A stretch of 64,000 bases of DNA, from contig JBGCEP010000035.1 of assembly GCA_045106415.1 (NCBI GenBank), forward strand, positions 7,304 to 71,303, written 5' to 3'. The notes under the pieces were generated by a model that was given only the letters and a program-made list of their open reading frames with translations, made no database searches and had not been told where the DNA came from. This DNA comes from Oligoflexales bacterium. GTDB lineage: Bacteria > Bdellovibrionota_B > Oligoflexia > Oligoflexales > Bog-1112. Positions 37,824 through 45,975 of this stretch are shown piece by piece. Each line of letters begins with the position of its first letter. Position 1 is the stretch's first letter. A program made the position numbers and the translations under genes.

Positions 37824-38882
37824 CTAATCAAGAAGGTCTGAGATTTGAGATTTAATGCTTTCGGCGAGCTCAAATACATCTTCGTCACTTAGTTTAAAAA
37901 ATTGTTTGAGCATTTCGAACTTACGTTCATGAATTCTATGGGGATGTAGCATCACCCAATGGGTGAGATAATTTGCAAAAGAAACAACTTCGATCAGGCC
38001 CTCATGTGGTTCTAAATCTTGAGATTGCCGTGCCTGCCTATGATGAAAGCGACAAGTTTCTAAGACAAAATCAGGTAAACCCCAAAGAGCTGCGCCAACC
38101 TCACCTAAAACAGAATGATCGGTAAGTCCATATTGAATTTCAACTGCAGACCATGTTTTTAAACTGCTATGTGAATACACTTCCTGTGAAATTTGATCTA
38201 CCTTTTCTGGGAAGCAAAGAGCTGCGACAATTTTTCCTATGTTGGCTAAATATCCCGCTAAGTAAGCTTCGTCTTTAGATATTTGTGGTCGATATCTTTT
38301 AGCGACTTCTTCGGCAATTGCAGCACAAATAGCAGAAGGCTTCCAAACAAGGTCAGGGTGAAAGTTTTTTGTTGGAAATTCGAATGTATGAAGAGATGCA
38401 GATAAGACAATATCACCAAGAGACTTGGTTCCAATGAAAACCATAGCATGTTCGAGAGATTGAAATGGAGGAGCATGCCGGTCACGGGTTGCTTTGATTC
38501 GATTTGCTGTTTTAAAAACATTACTCGCAACAATGGGCTCTTGCTTGACTGTATTTGCAAGAGCTTTTACTGGAGTATCAGGGTCTTGTAAAAGTTGTTG
38601 AACCTTCATCACAATAGAGGGGATATGAGGCAGTTGATTTTTCTGTGAAATGAGATTGAAAACACTTCCAGCATCTTTAGACATATGTTTTTCTGGAGAG
38701 TACCAATCGAATTTTCCGGCGGGGATCATAAGTGTAGAGTTGCAATCACAGTTAAACCATAAGTTTTTCCCTGAGCAAACTCGCCATCTAGAAGTCCCTG
38801 TTAAATAATCAGACTCTGTGCGAAAAACTCTTCCACAGCTTTTACAATCTTTTTGTATAGTCGTAGACAAAGCGACCTCCAT
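37824..38882 (-). CDS. HDOD-domain signalling protein with N-terminal Cys-rich (zinc-ribbon-like) module
   Basis: The central and C-terminal part matches the HDOD pattern (LPHIPSIVMKVQQLLQDPDTPVKALANTVKQEPIVASNVFKTANRI..., YLANIGKIVAAL). The N-terminus carries CKSCG...RVCSG...FNCDC. Confidence 0.7.
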   Translation of the reverse strand: MEVALSTTIQKDCKSCGRVFRTESDYLTGTSRWRVCSGKNLWFNCDCNSTLMIPAGKFDWYSPEKHMSKDAGSVFNLISQKNQLPHIPSIVMKVQQLLQDPDTPVKALANTVKQEPIVASNVFKTANRIKATRDRHAPPFQSLEHAMVFIGTKSLGDIVLSASLHTFEFPTKNFHPDLVWKPSAICAAIAEEVAKRYRPQISKDEAYLAGYLANIGKIVAALCFPEKVDQISQEVYSHSSLKTWSAVEIQYGLTDHSVLGEVGAALWGLPDFVLETCRFHHRQARQSQDLEPHEGLIEVVSFANYLTHWVMLHPHRIHERKFEMLKQFFKLSDEDVFELAESIKSQISDLLD

Positions 38883-39041
38883 AGCTACGTCATCGGGTAT
38901 TTTTACTATGGGCTGAGCTTTTGTTCGCTAAGTTTCTGAAAAGATAAAACTTTATTTCCCAAACTTTAAACAGCACTTGGTGTTTGTAAATGTTTTCTCA
39001 TGTTAAAGTGATTTTAGTGCTTGCTCTTTAAAGGAGATGCT

Positions 39042-39710
39042 GTGAAATTTTTGAAAAAAAGTATGTTTTTATCTTTTGTTACTAGTTTGTTATGTTTTTT
39101 GCTTTCTCAAATAAGCGTTGCTAGCTCAGTGCCTGTAGCGCAAGCGCTGCAAAAATTAAAATTATATGGAAAAAAATTAGAAGATAAAGAATACGTAAAT
39201 TTTGAATTTCAGCAAGAAGTTTATCGTGCAAGCCGCAAACGTACGGTAAAAAGTAGTGGGCGTGCTTTATTTGCAAAACCGAATAAATTTCGATGGACTT
39301 TTGATAAACCGGGCATGGGGGAATGGATATTTGATGGGAAAATGCTATTTCATCACCATGCGGAACAAAAAAAAGCAAAATCTTACAGCTTAACTTCAGG
39401 TCATATGCATGAATTTAAAAGGTTAGTGCACATGGTGCTGGATACAACTCAACTTTTAAAGGAGTTTGAATTAAGGTCAGCAAATGAAAAATCAGGACTT
39501 TTTAGTTTTTTTCTTGTGCCTTATAAGAAGAAAAATATGGATTCGCTTGAGCTGAAATATGATCACAATCAGAGTTATCTTAAGGAGGTTGTTATGATAC
39601 TAAATGGTGGTAATACAACAACTTTATTTTTCTCAAAACCAGATTTCAAGCCTTTTTCAGTCTCAAAATTTGATTTGGATAAACGAGTGAAAATTATAAA
39701 ATCTTTATGA
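39042..39710 (+). CDS. lolA: Outer-membrane lipoprotein carrier protein LolA-like
   Basis: GTG 39042 with AAGGAG upstream and signal peptide KFLKKSMFLSFVTSLLCFLLSQISVASS. LolA-like core FQQEVYRA...GRALFAKPNKFRWTFDKP...IFDGKMLF. Confidence 0.75.
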   Translation: MKFLKKSMFLSFVTSLLCFLLSQISVASSVPVAQALQKLKLYGKKLEDKEYVNFEFQQEVYRASRKRTVKSSGRALFAKPNKFRWTFDKPGMGEWIFDGKMLFHHHAEQKKAKSYSLTSGHMHEFKRLVHMVLDTTQLLKEFELRSANEKSGLFSFFLVPYKKKNMDSLELKYDHNQSYLKEVVMILNGGNTTTLFFSKPDFKPFSVSKFDLDKRVKIIKSL

Positions 39711-39784
39711 TGGTGTAAAAAAAATTGTCAAGTTGTGTGATTTTTATCCGATTCTTTTTAAGTTGTTTTTAGAAAGAGGTCGAG

Positions 39785-41365
39785 ATGGACCATCAGCAAG
39801 TTGTTCGTTGGGAAGAGTTTGATAAAATTCATGTTGTTCGCCGTTTAAAACAACTTATAGCACGTTGGTGGCGAGTTCAGATTAACTTTACAGATGAAAA
39901 AGGTTTTTTGAGAGGTGTCCCAGAAGGGAGATTTTTTAACCCTTTGAATGATGTCTGTCAAAAGTTTACCGATGATGTTAAGGGATATCAGCACTGTATA
40001 GGAAGTGTTCGTGATACAGCTGCTCACACACGGGCATCGAAAACAACTCGTATGGATACTTGCCATGCAGGATTTTCGACTCTATCTGTTCCTATTGAAA
40101 TTGAAAACCAATATCTTGGGTGTGTTTTTGGAGATGGGTTTTTAATCGAAGAGTCAAAAACTTCTCAAATTATTAAAATTAAAAATGCATTTTTAAAATC
40201 ATTTCCGACTGAGCTCGATTGCGATAAATGGATTGATTCTATTCCTATTCTTTCGTCAAAAGATGTTGAGAATCTCACTGAATTAATTCATATGGTTGTT
40301 GAAGAAATTTTAATGGCTCAAGTCAATATTCATTACGCTGAAGAAAAAGTAGAAAAATTACAGTCGGAATTAGGAGAGAGATATAGTTTCCACAGTATGG
40401 TTGGAAAATCATCACCTATGCAACAGCTGTACAAATTAATAGAAAGAGTTTGTGAATCGAGCGCAATTGTTCTTATACAAGGTGAAAATGGAACAGGGAA
40501 AGAACTGATAGCAAAAGCTTTGCATTATAATTCACCACGAAAAAAAGAAAATTTTCTTGCTGTGAATTGTGGGGCTTTCAATGAAAATTTACTAGAATCA
40601 GAATTATTCGGGCATGCAAAAGGCGCGTTTACTGGTGCTATCAAAGAAAAACAGGGTTTGTTTGCTTCTGCGCATAAAGGAACTCTTTTTTTAGATGAAA
40701 TTGGAGAAACATCTCTTTCAATGCAGGTAAAACTTCTACGTGTTCTGCAAGAAGGCACTTATACTCCAGTAGGAAGCACGCAAACTTTAAAGTCTCAAGC
40801 CAGGATTGTGTGCGCTACAAATAGAGATTTGCAAGCAATGGTTGTAGATAAAACATTTCGTGAAGACTTATTTTATAGATTAAATGTGATTAATTTATCT
40901 GTGCCAGCTTTAAGAGATCGATCTGAAGATATTCCTTTGTTGACAGAAAAATTTTTGAAAAATTATGCAGAAAAAAATAAAGAAGAACAGAGACGTTTAG
41001 ATCAAAGCTGCGTGCAAATTTTTTTAAGTTACGAATGGCCGGGTAACGTGCGAGAGCTAGAAAATGAGATAGAAAGATTATGTGTATTATCTCAATCAGG
41101 AGAAGAATTGAGTAAAGATCTCATTTCCCCGCGGATTTTAACTTATAAGTCCTCTTTGTCTGCAGGAAAAAAAGAAAGAGATCATAAATTTCTTTCTTTG
41201 AAAGATGCTATACAAGACTTAGAAAAAGAAATGATTGAATCAGGCCTACAAAGAACTCGTTATAATAAATCACAGTTAGCACGAGAATTAGGTATTAGTA
41301 GAGCTTCTTTGATTACAAAAGTAGAACGTTATGGGTTAGATAAAAGAAATTTTTCAGAAAAGTAA
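39785..41365 (+). CDS. Sigma-54-dependent transcriptional activator with PocR-like sensor domain
   Basis: N-terminal PocR-type Cys/Gly pattern (NDVCQKF...GYQHCIGS...DTCHAGFSTLSVPIEIENQYLGCVFGDGF). AAA+ core GENGTGKE and ESELFGHAKGAFTGA (GAFTGA loop). C-terminal Fis-type HTH QLARELGISRASLITKVERYGL. Confidence 0.88.
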   Translation: MDHQQVVRWEEFDKIHVVRRLKQLIARWWRVQINFTDEKGFLRGVPEGRFFNPLNDVCQKFTDDVKGYQHCIGSVRDTAAHTRASKTTRMDTCHAGFSTLSVPIEIENQYLGCVFGDGFLIEESKTSQIIKIKNAFLKSFPTELDCDKWIDSIPILSSKDVENLTELIHMVVEEILMAQVNIHYAEEKVEKLQSELGERYSFHSMVGKSSPMQQLYKLIERVCESSAIVLIQGENGTGKELIAKALHYNSPRKKENFLAVNCGAFNENLLESELFGHAKGAFTGAIKEKQGLFASAHKGTLFLDEIGETSLSMQVKLLRVLQEGTYTPVGSTQTLKSQARIVCATNRDLQAMVVDKTFREDLFYRLNVINLSVPALRDRSEDIPLLTEKFLKNYAEKNKEEQRRLDQSCVQIFLSYEWPGNVRELENEIERLCVLSQSGEELSKDLISPRILTYKSSLSAGKKERDHKFLSLKDAIQDLEKEMIESGLQRTRYNKSQLARELGISRASLITKVERYGLDKRNFSEK

Positions 41366-42562
41366 GCATGTTGTTTTTTTAAATATTTTTTCTTTAGAGA
41401 AAAGATAAATCCTAGGGGATGACTGCAAAAATTCACCTGATTTCGCAGGCCTTAAAAGTATCGATTCTCCTTTTTTAACAGAATTATTTTTGTCAAAAAG
41501 TGGAGTTTGTACTTCACCAAAACCTTCTTGTTTTAAAGGTCTCAAATGACAAGGATATGCAACAACTGGCGTTCGATCTTCTCCAATGGCTCCGCTGGCT
41601 GTATACCCTCCACCTTGGCAAGTAATTATACCTGACGAGGGGGTTCTTGTGGCTGTTACTCCACAAAAAACAGCAGGTTTCCCCCATCTGTGTCGATAAC
41701 GATCAAATAAATGAGGTTGCAATAACCCTGATCCAATGGTGATTTCATTAATAGAAGTGTCCTTTAATGATTGAATCAAACTTCCTGTCCCACCTCCGTT
41801 GTGAATGAAATTATCATTGCGGCAAGGTGATTCGTTTTTTATAAGATCTCTTATTTCTTTTGCATGTTTTTTTGCGTAAATTTTGAACAATCCCAGAGCT
41901 AGAGATTTTGTTTTTTGATTCTTATTAAAATCTGTTAACCCTGCGATGTGTGCGTCATAGGTCATGACACCTTTTAATTCTAATTTTTTATATTTTTTTA
42001 GTTCTTTAAGTAGATTTTTAAAACCGATCAATGCGTGAGCGGGGGATCTACGTACGCCTAGATGGATAGTATGATTAAGAATCTTTTTACGGATAGAAAT
42101 ATCAATATCAAAGCAAATATGAAGACTTTCCTCTAATGTCCACCATTTTTGATAGGCTCGCATTCCCTCAGGATCATCGATCATCACGATAACTTTAACA
42201 CCTTTTTCATAGCATTGAATGATGGCTTCCATAGCTTTTTGAGAGTGTAATGGATATGCGAGTAAAATATTCTGAAAACCATTTTCTACGAGTTTCAAAG
42301 TTTCCCATGGATCATAACTCATAATTCCGATGACCTCAGGGCGTTGCAATGCTTTTTCTAAAAGAAGGGGAATGCGTATGGATTTAGATGCTATGCGTAT
42401 TTTTTTATTAAATTTATTTGCATGCTCACAGCAAAAATCTAGGTTTTCTTCAAATATTTCTTCACTTATAATTGCAGAGGGAAGAGGGATAGAAGAAGAA
42501 TTTTTTGATAAATCTTTTAAGAAATCATTATGAGTTTTTGTTTTTTGAGGCCAAATATTCAA
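41354..42562 (-). CDS. PLP-dependent fold-type III (alanine-racemase-fold) enzyme, amino-acid deaminase/aldolase-like
   Basis: 402 aa. The N-terminal barrel segment has a candidate PLP lysine (KIRIASKSIR) and the overall pattern resembles Ala-racemase-N/D-serine-dehydratase-like proteins. Specificity is unknown. Confidence 0.55.
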   Translation of the reverse strand: MNIWPQKTKTHNDFLKDLSKNSSSIPLPSAIISEEIFEENLDFCCEHANKFNKKIRIASKSIRIPLLLEKALQRPEVIGIMSYDPWETLKLVENGFQNILLAYPLHSQKAMEAIIQCYEKGVKVIVMIDDPEGMRAYQKWWTLEESLHICFDIDISIRKKILNHTIHLGVRRSPAHALIGFKNLLKELKKYKKLELKGVMTYDAHIAGLTDFNKNQKTKSLALGLFKIYAKKHAKEIRDLIKNESPCRNDNFIHNGGGTGSLIQSLKDTSINEITIGSGLLQPHLFDRYRHRWGKPAVFCGVTATRTPSSGIITCQGGGYTASGAIGEDRTPVVAYPCHLRPLKQEGFGEVQTPLFDKNNSVKKGESILLRPAKSGEFLQSSPRIYLFSKEKIFKKTTCLLF

Positions 42563-44459
42563 GATATATCCCGTGTTTTATAAATTTTAATTTAGATAAA
42601 AATTGTTTCCCATAATAACCTGTAAGCATATATTTGGAGTGTTTGAATTGCTGAGGAGTTGAGGGAAACCAATTAACTTCAGTTTTTTTAGAATTTGAGT
42701 CTTTTAATATTGATTTGATATGTGTGAATCCATGCAGCCCATGCAAGCCTTTGTGTCGCCCAAACCCACTTCTTCGAGTGCCGCCAAAGGGAAGATTATG
42801 ATTACCTTCTGATGCCATAACATTATTTATAGAAAGGCTTCCTACTTTTAATCTTCTAGAAAAATAATTTATTTTTTCTTTATTTGATCCCCAAATACTA
42901 GCAGATAAGCCATAGTGAGTGCTGTGAATATGTTTAATAACTTCTTCTGATGATTGAAAAGAGATAAGTGGAATTATAGGACCAAAAGTTTCCTCTTTCA
43001 TGATCAACATATCAAAAGAAATATTCTCAATAATAATAGGATGTATAAGAGGGTTTTTTTTATCCCATTCTTTCCCGTATAAAATATGAGCGCCTTTTTT
43101 TATAGCGTCTTCAAGTTGAATACGAATTTTTTCTATCTGTTTAGGAAGTAATATGGGTCCATAGTCATAAGTGTGATTTTTGTTATGTCGTTCATCTCCA
43201 ACTTGAATTAATTTTGCTTGATGAATAATTTTATTTTTAAATTCATTGAAGATATTTTGATGAATAAAAACAATTTCTACGGACGAGCAAGCTTGCCCTG
43301 ATGTGACGCAACTTCCCCATAAAATCCCAGGAACAGCCCTAGATAGTTGAGCATCGGATAAGACAATAGCAGCGTCTTTACCACCAAGTTCAAGTTCTAC
43401 TGGTATAAGTTTTTCGCTAGCTTGTTTTAATATTTTTGTGGCAGTGGACTCACTGCCAGTAAAAAATATTTTTTCAGGTCGAGATGCGATGATTTCTTCA
43501 GCAACATGGCCATCTCCATAGAAAAAATAGGCAGAGTTCTTTGGTAATATATTTATTATTTCATTCATCAGGCTTTGTAAAGGAGTCCACTCTGATGGTT
43601 TGACAAGAGTTTGGTTCCCGCATAAAAAAGAAGTTGTGAGAGTTTGTATAGCTTGATAAAAAGGGTAGTTCCAAGCTGTTATGATCAAAACTCTTCCAAG
43701 AGGTTCGAAAGATATCGATGAAGTCTTGCCAAACATCATCATTGGTGTAGCAACTTTTTTAGTTTTTAATTGGTTTTTAACTCCAATAAGCCACTTTATA
43801 TTTTCTAGAGCAGAAAATATTTCTGTAAAGACAATCTCATTGCGACTTTTACCAGTTTCTTTTTGGATGTGGTTGATAATATGATCCATGTTTTCTAGGA
43901 TCCATGTGTGAATAATTTGTAAATATTGGACACGTTGAGACAAAGATGGGGGGGTGTATGGCTCTATAGAAAATTTTTCTAACAAAAAATTGTTTTTTTC
44001 TTGAGAGTGAGGATTAAGATCTTTTTTTATAGCGTTACTATATTTATTTTCACTTTTTTGTGTTGTTTGAATGCTCGATTCCCATCCCATTTTTTTATAA
44101 ATTTTATCATGAGCTTTTGAGTGTGGCTGATGAGTATAATAAAGGGTGTAGGTCACTCCTCGGAGACCCATTAAAATTTTACGAGACGTAACTCCTATAA
44201 TATCTTCTCTTTTCCTTTTTCGATGCAATGATTTTAAGGTAGAGTGTAAAATAAACATAGGTATAAAAGATAAGGTGAAGAGTAAAATCTTTAGCCCAAA
44301 TCTATCAGTAGAGTTCATTGCATTGAGCATAGTTTCAATTGAAGATTGTTTTTCAGCTTCTTGAAAAGAGGGCATTGATTTGTTTGTTGGGAGTAAACAT
44401 TGTCCAACTTTACATAGACCAAGATGTTGTCTTTGGCTGAAAAGATGTAATTTTTTCAT
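42528..44459 (-). CDS. Aldehyde dehydrogenase (ALDH3/fatty-aldehyde-like core) with about 150-aa N-terminal membrane extension
   Basis: ALDH motifs: PLGRVLIITAWNYPF, ELGGKDAAIV (catalytic Glu), SGQACSSVE (catalytic Cys), EETFGPIIPL. ATG 44459 forms an ATGA overlap with the stop of the upstream GMC gene. The N-terminal part carries a TM helix, FGLKILLFTLSFIPMFILH. Confidence 0.85.
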   Translation of the reverse strand: MKKLHLFSQRQHLGLCKVGQCLLPTNKSMPSFQEAEKQSSIETMLNAMNSTDRFGLKILLFTLSFIPMFILHSTLKSLHRKRKREDIIGVTSRKILMGLRGVTYTLYYTHQPHSKAHDKIYKKMGWESSIQTTQKSENKYSNAIKKDLNPHSQEKNNFLLEKFSIEPYTPPSLSQRVQYLQIIHTWILENMDHIINHIQKETGKSRNEIVFTEIFSALENIKWLIGVKNQLKTKKVATPMMMFGKTSSISFEPLGRVLIITAWNYPFYQAIQTLTTSFLCGNQTLVKPSEWTPLQSLMNEIINILPKNSAYFFYGDGHVAEEIIASRPEKIFFTGSESTATKILKQASEKLIPVELELGGKDAAIVLSDAQLSRAVPGILWGSCVTSGQACSSVEIVFIHQNIFNEFKNKIIHQAKLIQVGDERHNKNHTYDYGPILLPKQIEKIRIQLEDAIKKGAHILYGKEWDKKNPLIHPIIIENISFDMLIMKEETFGPIIPLISFQSSEEVIKHIHSTHYGLSASIWGSNKEKINYFSRRLKVGSLSINNVMASEGNHNLPFGGTRRSGFGRHKGLHGLHGFTHIKSILKDSNSKKTEVNWFPSTPQQFKHSKYMLTGYYGKQFLSKLKFIKHGIYLEYLASKNKNS

Positions 44460-45844
44460 GAAAAACTCCTGATAACAGATTGTGAAGCCATCGATGATAA
44501 AGCCATGACAGTAAGGCTGGGATTTATACCTGGAGCGCAAGGGAAAATACTTGAATCTGCGCAAAAAATATTCTTATGATGATGCAATTGGAAATTTTCA
44601 TTAACAACCGATTGTTGATCATCTGATCCTATGCGACACCCGCCCATGAGATGAAGGCTGATAGCCATATCACTTTTGGTTGTTTGTAAACATCCTGATT
44701 CATGATAAATTTTATCAATAATTTTAAATCCTTCATTGCGTTTTTTTAAGTCTTCATTTGAGATGTTTTTTAGTATCGTGACTTTTCCGCGATGTGTTTT
44801 GATTTCCCCAGGAGTCGTGTCTCTTATTGCAACTTCAATACAAGCTGTGTGAGAAAGATGAGTCATCCATTCTTGATGGTTAAGCCCATGTTTTGGTATG
44901 ATCATCGAAAGAGCAACAGGTCCTGCAAAAACATTTTCGAGTTTAAAGCCTTTTTCACGGAACTGAGGATCGTTAGATTTGTATGTCTGAAGAGGTCCCT
45001 CAAAAGACCTTATTTTTTCTGCATATCGAGCTAATGTAAGCCATTGTGGGTGATTATAAAAATGGTGGCCTATACTTTTTATTTTTTTATTGAAATGAGA
45101 CGATTGTAATATTTTAGTATTTCCAATTGAACCTGCTGCAAGAATGAGCCGAGGAGCAGTAAATTCTTCAGTGTGACCAAGAGAGTTTCTTCCTTGGACG
45201 GTCACGTGATCTTGATAATGCTTAATGTTGGAGACTGTAAACCCTGTATATAACCAAGAATGCGATGAAAGAGCTTCTCCTAATACAGAGTCGAGCATAG
45301 ACTGCTTGCTGCCAATTTTACAGCCACCAAGACATTCTATGCAATCATTACCATCTTGATATTGGCAATTTTTTTGAGCTCTTAATAGTGAGCCATATTT
45401 ATACCCTTGACTTTTTAGGCCTTCTTTAAAAATAGAAGCGTTTTTATTTGCGTATTTTTCGGGAATAGTCTCAGTGTGGATTTGGTTGAGTACTTTTTTG
45501 TAATATGGATCTATGGATTTAGAATTAAAAAAAGAGATGCCAGAATCTTCAGTAAATAGCTCCCATGCCATTTGATCAAAACGGTCTAAAAGACCTCCGT
45601 TAATTACAGATCCACCACCTACAACTTTGGGTCTAAGGAGTGCTAAATTCATATCTGAATTAAATTCAGCGCCTCCATCCCAAAACATATGGCTATTCAT
45701 TTCCAGTTCATGTTTGGGGTATGTACGCGGCGTATAAGCAAGGCCTGATTCAAGAATAAGGCACCTCAGCCCAGCCTCAGTCAACTCTCTTGCAAAAAAA
45801 GACCCAGATATTCCGGAACCAATGATAATGGCATCCCATTGCAT
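44456..45844 (-). CDS. GMC-family FAD-dependent oxidoreductase (alcohol oxidase/dehydrogenase-like)
   Basis: N-terminal FAD fold WDAIIIGSGISGSFFARELTEAG. C-terminal GMC signature HLMGGCRIG...NIFCADSSIFPCAPGINPSLTVMALS. ATG 45844 has AAAGAG upstream. The ORF-track start at 45877 is 11 codons longer. Confidence 0.85.
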   Translation of the reverse strand: MQWDAIIIGSGISGSFFARELTEAGLRCLILESGLAYTPRTYPKHELEMNSHMFWDGGAEFNSDMNLALLRPKVVGGGSVINGGLLDRFDQMAWELFTEDSGISFFNSKSIDPYYKKVLNQIHTETIPEKYANKNASIFKEGLKSQGYKYGSLLRAQKNCQYQDGNDCIECLGGCKIGSKQSMLDSVLGEALSSHSWLYTGFTVSNIKHYQDHVTVQGRNSLGHTEEFTAPRLILAAGSIGNTKILQSSHFNKKIKSIGHHFYNHPQWLTLARYAEKIRSFEGPLQTYKSNDPQFREKGFKLENVFAGPVALSMIIPKHGLNHQEWMTHLSHTACIEVAIRDTTPGEIKTHRGKVTILKNISNEDLKKRNEGFKIIDKIYHESGCLQTTKSDMAISLHLMGGCRIGSDDQQSVVNENFQLHHHKNIFCADSSIFPCAPGINPSLTVMALSSMASQSVIRSFS

Positions 45845-45975
45845 AGTATGGCTCTTTATAATGAATGATCGTTGCATTTTAACATGGACTTACCATTGTG
45901 TGTATCTTTGCAAAACCTTTTTTATATGATGATCTTTTGTCTGCTATTCTTGAGAAGACTATAAAGGGGTTTATA

